A stretch of DNA of 64,000 nt from Takakia lepidozioides (taxonomy: Eukaryota > Plantae > Bryophyta), in NCBI GenBank assembly GCA_030704615.1, contig CM060734.1, positions 12,152,001 to 12,216,000 of the forward strand, given 5' to 3'. Made by a program: the position numbers and the translations under genes. The notes beneath the pieces were generated by a model. The model did no database searches. It was not told the origin of the DNA and saw only the letters and a program-made list of their open reading frames with translations. Shown piece by piece: positions 1-12,148 of the stretch; the first letter of the stretch is position 1; the number at the start of each line of letters is the position of its first letter.

Positions 1-1055
1 CTCACTAAGCCTTCACGGCCTACTCGGTGGTTATTTTTTCCACCTATGTGATACAATTTTTAATTAATTTGATTAAAAGGGTCTCCGTCCCCTTTCTTTA
101 AGAAATAAAATAAAAAATCATGTATCTAATGTGAGGGTTTACACTAGACATGATGGGAGTTTAATGCGCGCATGCGAGGCTTGCTGGTACAATCCTCGGA
201 GCTAACCGGAGGGCCCGCAGTCAAATCCCCACCCCCGCTTCCCTCGTGTATGCTTCACGCCCATCCGAGGGTCCCACGCTCCATGTTCCCAGCCCTTGCT
301 CCTTTGTTCCCACTGCGGCGCTCCACTGTTACCGCTCCGCCGCTCCCCTGCTCCCCGCTCCTCCACTCCCATGTTATTGCTCCCCGCTCCTCTGCTCCAT
401 TGTAGAATTGATCAAAAGATGTAAGATACTAAGTGGTCCTGAAAACGCTAAAGGAGGACAGGAACTAAGCTGCATTAGAATCACAGTCCAATGGTCATCT
501 GGAGATAAACAAAGCAGCTTGGAGGCGGTGAGGCTTGAAGGTAAGGAGCTGGACAGGAGCTGCGGTGACATTATCAAGAAGAGGTGCAGTAATCAGAACT
601 TGAGCTGAGTTCTAAATTTGGGGTCTCGACTTTTCTTGTGTCGCCAGTTGAAATCTGCTTCCTCCCCATCACCAGGGGACTTCCCATTGAGGGGGATGGA
701 TTGTTGCCAGGTAAAGCGCATGTTGGGAAGACTGGAGCCGAGCAAGTTGCCTTTGCCAGGACTGATGGAAATCTTGAAGCAACTTCCTTCCTCGTTGCTA
801 CTTATAAAGGATCTGACTCTTTTTTCTTTGTCCAACTGTGACAAAATTTCAGGCGCTTTGCTTGATTTGCTGCTCACAGGGAATTTACCAAAACTCCAAG
901 GAAAACTGATTGCTCGGGATTTTGTTTCAACCGGACTCTCATCTATATCTGAATTCCAGCCAAGGAAGTTCTGGGAAGAGCTGCACATACAGTGTCCCAC
1001 ATTTTCCGCCTCTCAGTTAACATATCATGATAAGTATGAAACAAGACTGATCTGC

Positions 1056-1673
1056 CCCTAGGGGGTTTTCCCTCATAAACCCAATTACACCTGGTTCTCC
1101 ATAAATTCCACAAAGTGTGGGCTCTAAGAGTGGCCCACATTGGGCAAACACTCATTGGCAGACCAGGCAAAAAGTTCAAAAGCAGGAGAGATGGAGAGGG
1201 AGGAGATGGGAAGGAAGCCCAGTGAGAATAGAATGTGAGAACCAGCCTCCAGATCATGCTAGATAGATTGTAGAACAGCAAGCAGTGTTCAATGGATTCT
1301 GTTTCTGCAAGACAGAGAGTGCATGTAGGGTTATCCTTGTGTGTTTGTTGTCTGACTGGAAGAATTCTATGCGTGAGCTTCCAAAGCTGGAAGCCTGAAA
1401 TCTTTGCGGGTCTCTATTTTCTCCATATATCTTTCCGTATCTTATCCGAGATTCCTTGGGCGAATTGGATGTTGCCCCATTTAGTGGACCATTTGCCTGC
1501 AAAGGAGCAGGGTGGGTTGACAAGGGAGTACCCATTTTTCACAGAGTAGCTGAAAAATGGGCTTTTCTTCTTATCCATCCACTTCCACTCCCCCGGGTCA
1601 AACTGCAGATCTTCCAGAGGGCATGTGAGGAACTAGGTAAGAGTTTCATGACGAGCCCATTGAGCTTCCATCC
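1056..1673 (-). pseudogene. LINE (L1-like) ORF2 C-terminal region with degenerate zinc knuckle
   Basis: Minus strand reads KDNPTCTLCLAETESIEHCLLFY (Cx2C..H..; last Cys lost) at ~1270-1325, followed by WATLRAHTLWNLWRTRCNWVYEG, the typical plant L1 ORF2 C-terminal W-rich motif. Confidence 0.85.
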
Positions 1674-2739
1674 CTGGGGGGTGCACTCTTTATAAAATGT
1701 GCGTATCACGTGCGTTCGTCGGCTAATAAAAAAAACCCCTGTATATGGGTCCTGGTATAATTTATACCCCCTCTGTACATACTTTTTGAAAATTATAAAA
1801 CCCTCTTCTGTAAATATATAGAAATTTTTAATTTTTAAAAAGTACTTGAAAATTCATATCTCCCACACCGCAAGTCCCAAAATTATGAGACCAAGCCGGT
1901 GCACCCCTCCTCATTGAGGGCTTTCCAATGGTACCAAACACCAGGGCTGGGGCCCCGCGGTTTGGGAGATCTCAACGATGACACAAAACACAACAAACTG
2001 TCTTTCATCTATATTACTGTTAATCGTGACATTTGTTTCAAGAATCGTGGAGTAACCTAGTGGTATGCAGGTACTTGTGGTGTGTAGGTGGTCTTGAGTT
2101 CAAATCTGTGTAGCGAAATACATGTATTTTTGAAGTTTTTGAAAAACTCAAGATTACATGGTGATTTTGAACCCACGATGAGTGTCATGACAATGCTAAT
2201 CTTCACCACTATGCTACCTTCTTAATCACGATAACTCGTTGCTGTAGACTTATATTTAAGGTATTGTTTACCCCCCTATGTATGTATAATGTTGTACATG
2301 GGGAGGTCCCTTCTTCACCGTCTGCACAACTTTCTCTGCCAAGCCATCGGCCTCAGGGTGATCCCGAGAAATGGTACGGTGGTCTATCAAGGCTTTATCA
2401 CACAAAGCCTGAAACTCCCCCAAGAACTATCTCCCTTGGTCCATGAGATGGAGCACCGAATCGGCTAAGCACACGATCCAAGAATGCATATGCAGCCCCC
2501 TTACTAGCCTTGTCAGGCAACGGAACCAACTCAATCCACTTGGAGAAGTGCTCCACCATCACCAACACATATTTGTGGTGGCGCATCGTCAGTGGCAACG
2601 GTCCTGCGAAGTCAAGACTCCACCTGTAGCCCAATCCCATGATCGAAAAGATGATGCAATTGTGGCGTAGAGGCGTTGAATGAAGCACACAATACCCCCT
2701 CCTATGCACGCACGTGGCTGGTACAGGTGCACCCCCCAG
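1674..2739. mobile_element. Non-autonomous TIR DNA transposon (Mutator-like by TSD length) inserted in the LINE
   Basis: Perfect 13-bp TIRs CTGGGGGGTGCAC (1674-1686) and GTGCACCCCCCAG (2727-2739). A 10-bp TSD GCTTCCATCC lies at 1664-1673 and 2740-2749. Removing the element restores LINE sequence. Confidence 0.85.
2300..2688 (-). pseudogene. Ty3/gypsy integrase catalytic-core fragment (frameshifted) captured in the TIR element
   Basis: Reads ASFNASTPQLHHL/IMGLGYRWSLDFAGPLPLT..KYVLVMVEHFSKWIELVPLPDK..AYAFLDRVLSRFGAP/..DQGR*FLGEFQALCDKALIDHRTISRDHPEADGLAEKVVQTVKKG, which is the D,D(35)E core. Confidence 0.9.
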
Positions 2740-3645
2740 GCTTCCATCCCTGCGGTAACGGGTTAACATTTCCTTTGTCATCAAGCACTCTTATGTGGAA
2801 AAAGATTATCTTATCCACCTCCACAATTTCTGTATATGCGAGATCACCCTCACAATCAGCCTATCAGGCAGGGGCTATCCAATTCCGACTTTCCTCACTC
2901 AGTATGGGAGTCATGTACTGTGAGACATTGGCAAGAAGAGTGCCCCCCATGCCTTGGATATCCTTCTGCCAAACCTTTCTAATATAGCCTCTTCTGTTAG
3001 GAATTCCTCTCCTGAGCGCATGGCTGCAATGTGGGTGAAACCTTGCCCTCCCCAGAAAGCCTATCTGGGGGTTTGCGTGAGCAAAATACCTGAGTCCATG
3101 TTGGAGTTTGCAAACAGGGGTTGCCGTAGACATTCTTGCCGGTTGCCAGGCATTCTTTGAGTAAGGTTTCCTCTGATGCTTTACCAAGCTTTCCATATAG
3201 ATTGCCCGGGGTCCAGAGCCAAGTGTCACAACAGCGTTATTACCTTGAATGATCCATCTGAGTGGTTGAGCCCAGAGGGTGGAGGTTGCAGGTATGGAGC
3301 CCATGAGGTAGGGTTTAATTAGCTTGCTCTAGGGGGAGTTCCTATGAGTGATCGCCCTAGGAATCCATTTTGCCAACAAAAGCCTTTATCTGTGCACCAG
3401 GGTCCATGATTCCCAGGTCGCCTCGGCTTTTCTTTTGACACATTGATTCCAAAAGAGGAGTGCTCTTCTCACCGGTGTTGTTGGGGGTGGCTCCCCAAAT
3501 AAAGTTGCGTGTGAGGCCTATAATTTCCTTGACCATGACTGAATTGGGGTTCTAGACAGCGAAGAACCATATTGCGAAGAACCATATTGAGGCTTGCAGT
3601 ACTTGGTTTGCCACGAGGGCCCTTCCCACAATTTAAAGCATTGCA
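2740..3645 (-). pseudogene. LINE ORF2 post-RT region (decayed)
   Basis: Reads ML*IVGRALVANQVLQASIWFF...IIGLTRNFIWG and MCQKKSRGDLGIMDP..AKWIPRA, matching the L1 LS.xGR..L..VL and PKxxGGLG motifs. It continues in frame from AFWSSA on the far side of the CACTA (29242). Confidence 0.85.
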
Positions 3646-4039
3646 CACTACAACAGATCGCGGTATATCTGACTACCGAGCCGCGGTAGTCATGGTTTCC
3701 TAACTTTGACCATGACTTCCCTGTATTTTTGGGCCAAATGGGGCTTCACGTAGTCGTTGAAATGACTACGTGACCACGTGGTCCTCTGGGCGACTACTTT
3801 GGTAGACGTCGTCATGACTGTATGGCTCCGCACTAGATGGAAGGGTGGTCAACGAGGTTGACCAGCGCGAGCTTGCCACCAAATAGTCGCTGGAATGACT
3901 TCTAGTGCAAGCTTGGTAACCAAAATGTTTAAAAATTTAAGAAGTTACTTATAGGGTTGCCCATTAGAGGACTGGGACTTGGCCTCTTTTTGGCTTTTTT
4001 TTCTCCTGAGCATTTTCTTAGTAGTATTGAATCAAGAGA

Positions 4040-4140
4040 TGAGAGATGGAACGCGATGATCAAAGGATATGTAGAGGCGTGGGATGGAGGCTTTGCAGAG
4101 CAAATGATGCAGGAAGGGGCGAAGCGCAACCTGCACCGCA
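4040..4140 (+). pseudogene. PPR motif fragment
   Basis: Reads RDERWNAMIKGYVEA..EQMMQEGAKRN, a degenerate P motif. Confidence 0.6.
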
Positions 4141-4143
4141 ACC

Positions 4144-4675
4144 GCAAATGTGGGCTCTTGGCTCCTTTTAGTACCATGATTTGGTATTCTTCCTGATGTT
4201 TACAAGGTTCTTGGGAGAGTCAGCTTGGTCTTAGCAGTCCGTGTTTCAATCGACGCCCGCTCAGCTACACCGTGGTGGTTCTCACAGACTAATCCGACAT
4301 TACCTGACTACAAACACAAGCAGCAGACACAAGAGGTCATCTTGGGTTCATGGTCAGTCAAATCCTCCATGGGTCATGACACAAGGTCAAGGACAATGTG
4401 GTGAGGGCACCTTCTTCTTCGACCTATTTCAGCCTGTTTTGACCTCTCATCAGACTCGGCCCTGAATTTCTTCACGATGGTGGGACAACCCCAATCACAA
4501 GGTGTGGTTTTTTCTTAATGTACCATGTGAAGAAGTTAGTCCATCCTGCAAATGTGGGCTCTTGGCTCCTGTTATGATTTGGTATTCTTCCTAATGTTTA
4601 CAAGGTTCTTGGGAGAGTCAGCTTGGTCTTAGCAGGCCGCGTTTCAATCTCTACCTGCTCAGCTGCACCGTGGTG
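4144..4675 (+). repeat. Module R1 (~400-bp unit plus partial tandem copy); inverted copy at 7424-7992
   Basis: GCAAATGTGGGCTCTTGG..GATTTGGTATTCTTCCT.. recurs at 4144 and 4548. ORFs 4241-4465(+) and 7606-7830(-) are near-identical translations. Confidence 0.9.
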
Positions 4676-4689
4676 AATGTCTGTTGGAA

Positions 4690-5440
4690 GCAGATGCAAG
4701 TCAGCATAGGAACAAGTGTGATAAGTAGGGTTGGGTTGTTTGCTGGAACAATTCTAGGCTATCATTGTTAGCTGCTAGCAGCAAGGCAAGGATGTATGCA
4801 TGATTTGTGCAGAGGCATGGATAGCTGAAGGAGCAGGGATAGAGTGTGGGTCCAGATTCATCCAAGAGGGCCGGATTTCAAGCTCCAGATTACCTATGAC
4901 TCCCTGTGGAAGGATAGCTACAAGAAACATGCATGGGTAGATGGTCAACTGGAAGTCGCAGCAGCAGCGGCACAATTGATAAAATGTGGCACTGCTACTC
5001 AAGGCACCTTCTTCAACACATTTCGCCTTGTTTTTTCCTCTTATCAGAATCAGCCCTAAATTGGTGAGGGTACCTTTTTTTTTCAACCTATTTTAGTCTG
5101 TTTTTCCCTCTCATCATTAGGGGTTGGGGTGTTTGCTAGAAGAAGGCCGGATTTCAAGCTGGATCCATTGCTACAAGAAACCTGCATGGGTAGATGATGA
5201 ACTGGAAGCCGCAGCAGCAGCGGCACAATTGATAAAATTAGGCACTGCTAATGAAGGCAACCTTCTTCAACACATTTCACCCTATTTTCCCCTCTTATCA
5301 AAATTGGCCCTAAATTTTCATGTTGAATTCTGCAAGTTACTGGTTGAGTGAACCTTTGATAGTTTGCAATGCGTGTGCAAGCCTGGCACCTCTGGAGAAG
5401 GGAAAAGAGGTCCATGGCAACATTGTCAGAGCTAGCAATA
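4690..5440 (+). repeat. Module R2 copies (unidentified, possibly exon-derived) plus a PPR fragment
   Basis: The ..GGATAGAGTGTGGGTCCAGATTCATCCAAGAGG..GCTACAAGAAACCTGCATGGGTAGATGGTCAACTGG.. module recurs at 21280-22385, 24700-26375, 27604, 28040 and 62085. 5360-5435 reads VCNACASLAPLEKGKEVHGNIVRA (PPR). Confidence 0.85.
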
Positions 5441-6496
5441 CAGATCCACCCAACGAGCTTCTATCTGTTTGAGTTGAACCCTTGAATCATCATCAAAAGA
5501 ATCTTACAAATCTCTCACCTTCCTCTATTCCATCTCTCTCACACAAATAGCCAGATTGTCATCCATTGTTGTCACACTTGTGTTGGTAACCAGCTAGACT
5601 CCTGCAAAATCAGCTGTGAGTAACTATGGCCACTTCATAAAGAGACTGCAAAGGAAAAAGCATTGGAGATGGAGAGATAGAGATGGAGAAGACTAAGTGG
5701 CAGACTTGTCCATAGAGGAAAATACTCAACAAACCTCTTGGTTACTGAGAGACCTTCTCCACTTGTCAAACAGGGATGAGTCTGAAACAACATCGACCGA
5801 GACCAGGGAGCTCTCACGAAACACGGCAGATGCAGATGACACAATTTGCAGTCTTGCTGCTACCAGCAGCCCTGTGAGTAGAGCCCCTCCTAAAACACTG
5901 GCCAGTGCTGCTACCCACAAAGACAGTCATCATTTCAGTTTGATTGGATGTTTGCATTCATGCTCCACCAGAAAGTGCCACATACACATGCCATTCGCAT
6001 GTAAGTATCTCCATACTACTACTATTGAGCCCAAGCCTTGATGTGATGTTGCTTGGATGGCCATGGAAGATTATTATAACAATCACCAAGGAGCCTAATA
6101 GGCATTATCACAACCTCAAAAGCCCTGGCAAAAGCACTTCCAATTAATGTACTCTTCATTGCCCCTATGGTCTGCACCCTCTCAACAACTACGTGTGTGG
6201 GTGCAAGCTGGATGGAAATTAGCAACAACAATATTTCAATCTCCTTGCACATTCAGTCCCAAAAATGCCTTCCTTACTGCTGACCTAAGCAATAAGTTGT
6301 ATAGAATAAGTTGATACTTAACTTACCCAAATGTCAAAGTTTCCATTAATACCTGGAAGTACTAATCACCACATCCCTCATCTTCTGCAACCCAAAAGCG
6401 AGTGAAACCTAATCCCAGATTCCATTCAACCCTAAACCCTGTACTGCCTGAGACAATGACACGAGCAGAAATGCAGCAAATGAGGATGTAACTCAC

Positions 6497-7134
6497 AAGC
6501 TGCGTTGATATACTGCTATGGTGAGCCGAGCGGCCTGGAATAAGAGTCTCGACTATGGTCATGAGTGCTTGGCCCTTAGCAAGCTCTTCGGGGCAGTATG
6601 GCCACCATCTGCAGCCATAGCTGCAATCGCCTGCCATGGAAGAGCATCCCCATTCACCTCTAACGTGTATACATCATTCCTGTATGCCCTGATCATTGGA
6701 TATGCCTTTGATCTCTCCAGTAATTCTCCCTTCTCCCTTTCAGTGGTGTAGTTCCTCATGTTCCCGACATTGTTCTTCCATTTACTCGCCTGACTGTCAC
6801 TACTGTCAATTTTGTTGTTGTCCTCATATTGTCCATGGCTCTCCTTTTCAGTGGCACCGCTCGATGGCTGAGCTCGAGCCTGAAAGCAGCAGCATTGCCG
6901 CGTACCAGTGAATTTTGTGTGGCGAAACAAATTTGTCATACTGTGAGTGTATTCTAGGAAGGTCTATTAGGTGATGTCCGATTGCCACTCCTCTCGAGAA
7001 TGTGGAATTGCATCTAGTTTCCTCACATGTGTGTCCTTCCCTCGTATAGTTCCCAGAGCATGGATGTAAACTACACCAAGAGTCTTTTCTACAACCACGT
7101 TCAGAAAACAACACGGACTGTAAAAGAAGTCCAT
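6497..7134 (-). pseudogene. Captured first exon of a plant gene resembling the ANU10/At1g28530 plastid-protein family
   Basis: Reads AYPMIRAYRNDVYTLEVNGDALPWQAIAAMAADGG, then after a frameshift EELAKGQALMTIVETLIPGRSAHHSSISTQL, ending at a CTT|GTGAGT donor (6496). Internal stops are present. The family assignment is from recalled similarity only. Confidence 0.5.
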
Positions 7135-7423
7135 AATGAAGCCTTTGGTCCCTTACTAAACCATCTTGGCCAATACTCCCAATACATCGACATAAACTGC
7201 ACTTTTGTCGTAACCTTTGATGTTGCTGAGATGCAATAATATAATATGTTATACTAGTGGCTGAGAATTGCAGGGATTCTTGTGGATATGTCACATGCAT
7301 TTGCCTCTGAATCAATTCCCCTGAGGAGGAGCAACCAGGGGTCTGAGCACCGAATTGCATCTCTCCCAAAGGGGAATTCAAGCTCGGGTCTTGTGGTAAC
7401 TTCCTCTAGTACCATCTAGTACT

Positions 7424-7992
7424 TGTAAACATCAGGAAGAATACCAAATCATGGTACTAATGGGAGCCAACAACCCACATTTGCACTATGGACAAACTTC
7501 GTCACATCGTACATTAAGAAAAAGCCACACCTTGCGTTTGCGGTTGTCGCACCATCGTGAAGGATCTTTAAAAAACTCATGCCAGCTCTGCTCCGTGCTG
7601 CAAATTCAGGGCCAAGTCTGATGAGAGGGCAAAACAAGCTGAAATAGGTCGAAGAAGAAGGTGCCCTCACCACATTGTCCTCGACCTTGTGTCATGACCC
7701 ATGGAGGATTTGACTGACCATGAACCCAAATGGACCTCTTGTGTGTGCTATTTGTGTCTGTAGTCCGGTAATGTCGGATTGGTCCATGAGAACCACCACA
7801 GTGCAACTGAGCGAGCAGAGATTGAAACACGACCTGCTAAGACCAAGCTGACTCTCCGAAGAACCTTGTAATCAGCAGGAAGAATACCAAATCATGGTAC
7901 TAACAGTCGCCAAGAGCCCACATTTGCACGATGGACAAACTTCTTCACATCGTACATTGAGAAAAAGCCACACCTTGCGATTGCGGTTGTCC
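7424..7992 (-). repeat. Module R1, inverted copy
   Basis: Reverse complement of 4144-4675 with scattered substitutions and a short extra segment. Confidence 0.9.
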
Positions 7993-8070
7993 ATCCGCTT
8001 CCCATAGTAGTCGATGGCCACATCATGCACCACATCTTCATGCCCCGATTCTAGGGTTTGAGTCCCTGTC
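7992..8070 (-). pseudogene. SEC13: N-terminal fragment of SEC13 (WD40 COPII/nucleoporin), fused to R1
   Basis: TQTLESGHEDVVHDVAIDYYGKRM matches the highly conserved Sec13 N-terminus (GHxDxxHDxxxDYYGKRLAT) and is truncated immediately afterwards. Confidence 0.85.
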
Positions 8071-8098
8071 TGCCCCCTATCCCACCAGCTCCGCTCGT

Positions 8099-8260
8099 CG
8101 TCTCTCATGATCAGACTTGACACTAAAACAAAACAAACATAGCTCCCCCCTGTTTGACGTCTCTCATGATCAGACTCGACACTATAAGAAAGCAAACACA
8201 ACTCCGTCTTGTTTGTCATCTCTCACGATCAAACTCGACACAAAGAAAACAAACAGATGG
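8099..8260. repeat. Tandem 3 x ~60-bp repeat
   Basis: TCTCTCA(T/C)GATCA(G/A)ACT(T/C)GACAC..AAACA occurs at ~8101, 8160 and 8219. Confidence 0.85.
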
Positions 8261-9128
8261 CAGGGGAGACAAAAAAACGCTAAGTCCCCTACTCATGACT
8301 GGATGGATGAATGTAGCGATAGATGGATGGATTTTGGGTTTTCCATCAATACATCCATCCATTCATTTGTTTTTCCATTTTTTGGCCATTTTAATTTCAT
8401 CCATTCATCCAAAATGAATCATTAAATGAGTTTCACTGTTAGTTCATCCAATAGCTGCAAGCTCAGGGTTTGCATTATCATTTGTTCCTATGTTCATCCA
8501 ATAGTTGCCAGCAAGGCGTTTGTTGTATCATTCGTTCATACGTTCATCCAGTGCACAAAAGTTATGTTTGATACATTCATCCAATAGTTGCCAACAAGGC
8601 GTTTGTGTATCATTCGTTGAGATAATACAGTTGTTTTGTGTCACTAACCTTAACTAGCAGTCGATTAGTTTACTATTAATCTGCTGGGTCAGTGAAACAG
8701 TAGTTAAATAATTTTACTACTTATTATCCTCATACTTAACACTGCGACCTAGCAGCCCTAAATTCGAGCACATTCATCCTAATTCATCCTAGTTCACTCA
8801 TCCTAATTCATCCTAATCATTCATTCATCCATTCATTACTTCATTCACAGGGTGTGGCTTAGTGCCCGCGAGCAATGATATGTTGACACGTCGTCATTTG
8901 CAATCACATCCTGCATATGTTTCATCCATTTATGTTTGCATCGTCCACGTAGACACTCCTTGGGCGACCGGCAATCGCCACGTGCAGTCGTGAATACTGG
9001 CAGTCATACATTCACATGCCCACATCATCTTGTTGCAGTTTTGCCATGACTCCTAGTCGTATCTACCATCTTTCCCTATCTGGTCAAACGTGTTTGACCG
9101 CAGATCCTGACGTGGCGGAGGTACAAGG

Positions 9129-12100
9129 TGTCAAGTTATTTTACCACTAGTGTGAAACTAGCTAGGAAATAGCTAGCTTTTACATATTGACAATTGGGAT
9201 TGGCCCAAATGTCAATCCAGGTGTCATGGTTTTAGTCATGGTTATCTAGAATTATCTACTTCTAGTTAACTAGGACATTTTAGATATTTATATTTATATT
9301 TTGTGTGTTGGGACTTCATTTGGTCTCACATGCCAAGTGAGGTGTCGAACCTCACTTGAGACATGGAAATAGGTTTTCCCCTTGTGAGTGTTGAGGAGGC
9401 TCATCTTCTTGTAGTTGAGCCTCCATGAGCTTCTCTCACCTCCATAGCTCTAGGTATTGAGAGGGAGTGTGTTGAGGGCTTTGTAGGGTGGATTCCTTTA
9501 GCAAAGGTGCCCTTGGCTTGACTTAGTTTATGTGATAGAGTGGATTTCACTTGGAAGGACTAGGGCTTGTTCTTCATGTGATTGCTTCATGCTTTGAGAG
9601 CTTTCATTGTCTTCTACTTCTCTCATTTCTCATCTCTTATCACTACAAGAATATCACCTTATGCTTGTGAGTGCGGAGTGTAAGGATTAGTTTTGCACTT
9701 GTATTTTAAAGAGGTTGAGAGCTAGGAGAATTTAGCTCTTGTATCACAAGGCTTGCAAGGGGTTGCAAGGAAAGGTGCTCAAGTATTGCCTGCACCAAGG
9801 AGTTGGAGAGCTTGAGAAGAAAGCTCTTGAGTTACAAGATTTTGCAAGGATTGTAAGGAGGAAGTCTTGTGTGTGTGGAAGCATGGATTCTAGGGTTTGA
9901 GAATCCTTTGTATGCATTATGGAGTCGATGGTGTGCGCCATGGCTTGTGGAGAGTGACTAAAGGCTTGTTAGTGCTCATTTCACTATCAAGCTAGGGTTA
10001 AGCAAGTTCAAAGTGTGGATGTTGTGGAAGAGAAGCCAAGGAGCTATATATGCTTGGGCTTGAAGACAACAAGGGCAAGCACTTGGAGAGCACTAAGAAG
10101 CTCAAAGAGGTTTTGAAAGGGAGCATGTGAAGAAATCTTCCAATCATGGTGGTGTGGAGCCAAGCTTAGGGTGCCATTGGAAGGGCTTGGAGAACATGTG
10201 GTGGGAAATCATCATTCAATGTATGCATAGCTTCACCCTAACTATGTAATGTGACAAGAGGGGGAGGCAATACTTGGCTATTCATGCTCTTGGTAGTGCG
10301 AGCTTTGTGGTGGATAGTTGACCAAGCAAGTGGTGCATGTGTGGAGCATGCTCGCTTGAGTTTGTAAGTTCAAGTTTGAGAAGGGGAGCTCTTGAACTAG
10401 CAAGAGGTGAAGGCCTTTGAGATCCATTTGTGTGTGAAGTGGAGAGGTGTTGATTCATGTTATGATGAAGGAGAGCAATACATAGGCCAAGAGGTCATGA
10501 AACATGCATTCAAATGACCACGGGGAGCACATGGATGATGGATTGGTGCAAGACCCCAAATGAGGTATATGGCGTGAGAGTGGGATCCAAGGCGGATTGC
10601 TTGGGAGCATTATTGTAAGTTACAAGCATTGCTCCTACACATTGAGATAATTTGTGTTGATTTGGAGCAATTGTCAAGTGATGAGGAGACAAATGCATGA
10701 TTGCTCGGCAATGGAGATATGGTAGTTTGCAATCAAATCCCAAGGACTAGAAGGGGGATTGATTTGGTGGACAATGACTTGCAAGTTGAGTTGGACCACT
10801 CTTGGTTGCACATTGGGGTGGAAGAGAGCAAGAAGATGCCTCTTATGACCACCTAGAGACCATATTTTTGCTTGAGTAGAAGCATAGAAGTCAAGGACTT
10901 GCATTCTAGCTCTTCATTACAAACCCTAGTAGTGTATGCTCAGACTATACCTCTGTTAGTATACCAAACAGGAGCTTGTCCCTTTGACTATACCTCTGTT
11001 GAGGTATCACCATATGTGAACCCTAATGTGAGACTATACCTCTGTTAGTATACCAAACAGGAGCTTGTCCATTTTACTATACCTCTATTGAGGTATCACC
11101 ATATGTGAACCCTAATCAGCTCAGACTATACCTCTGTTAGTATACCAAACAGGAGCTTGTCCCTTTTACTATACCTCTGTTGAGGTATCACCATATGTGG
11201 ACCCTAATCAGCTCAGACTATACCTCTGTTAGTATACCAAACAGAACCCTCATTTTCAGACTATACCTCTGTAAATGTATCATCAACATAAGGGACCCTA
11301 GCAACCTCAGACTATACCTCTGTTAAGGTATCAACAGTGAAAGGACTTAGTGAAATTTAAGGGCCTTTGGAGGATTGTTTGGAAGATATTTGAGGGCCCT
11401 TGGAGGAGTATTTGGAGGATCTTTGGGGTCATTGGAGGAGTGTTTGGAGGATCTTTGGGGTCCTTAGAGGACCCTTTGAGGAGCTTTGGTGGACAATGTT
11501 GAAGAGCTCTTGAAGGATTGATTGAGGGATATTGAAGGATACTTGCCACGGCCATACAAGCGAGTGGATAGAGACAGGAGGGAGAGTGGTGGGATGAGAG
11601 CATTATGGGGTTAGGAATTGCTTTAGTTTCTCTTCTCCATAGTCTTTCACCCTCTCTGTAGGCCAAAACCTTTCCGTAGGTGGAGGCAAGAGTCAGTCCG
11701 GGTTTGGGCTGGGGTGTCTTTGCAGGAGCGACACTGTGGAGTGTTTTTGGTGTGGGGGAGTTGTTGTCTTGATTTTTTTGTGTTTGGATCCCCTCCACAC
11801 CTGCATGCTTGACTGTGCGCCATGTTAGCTTTGTGTGGGCGCTTGTTTTCATAGGAGGTTGGTCCGGATTTGATCACCGGCCAATCCTAGAGTATGTTGT
11901 CGGTGGTGAGGCTGGAGTGATGACCAGCAAGACCACCAGTGTTTCTTCTATGGTGAGGCTGGGTTGATGACCAGCAGACCATAAGAGTGCTTGCGGTGGA
12001 TGCAGGTGCAGGTACAGGTCTACGTTAGAAACCTATTATTCCTGCTTGAACCAGTAGCCGCAACAGGTTCTTTACCCGGTTACCTTGTAGAAAGTGGGGA

Positions 12101-12148
12101 TTAGAGACAGGTTGACAACCGGTTGGGTTGTGAGTTTTCATCACGGAG
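9129..12148 (+). mobile_element. Putative 5' LTR/leader of the DNMT-bearing retrotransposon (boundaries uncertain)
   Basis: Non-coding region directly upstream of gag. It starts near a TG and shares motifs (GGAGGCTCATCTT, TTGGCTTGACTT, GCATGTGTGGAGCATG) with 17350-19050. No PBS was identified. Confidence 0.45.
10938..11333 (+). repeat. Tandem array with nine ACTATACCTCT(G/A)T cores (~92-bp dimeric unit)
   Basis: Cores occur every ~42-50 bp (10944, 10987, 11034, 11076, 11126, 11168, 11217, 11260, 11311). Alternate units form ATACCTC-TGTT-GAGGTAT hairpins. Confidence 0.9.

Noticed and set aside
9641-9651. CACTACAAGAA as left end for the orphan CACTA terminus at 27603
   Set aside because: The flanks differ (TAT vs AGC), no subterminal repeats follow, and it aligns with an LTR-like motif at ~17671.
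10938-11333. CRISPR-like regularly spaced repeats
   Set aside because: The intervening sequences are themselves repeated (dimeric unit), there are no cas genes, and the context is a eukaryotic retroelement.
11895-11985. TGGTGAGGCTGG as PBS of the DNMT element
   Set aside because: I cannot match it to a known tRNA 3' end, and it occurs twice as part of a short direct repeat.
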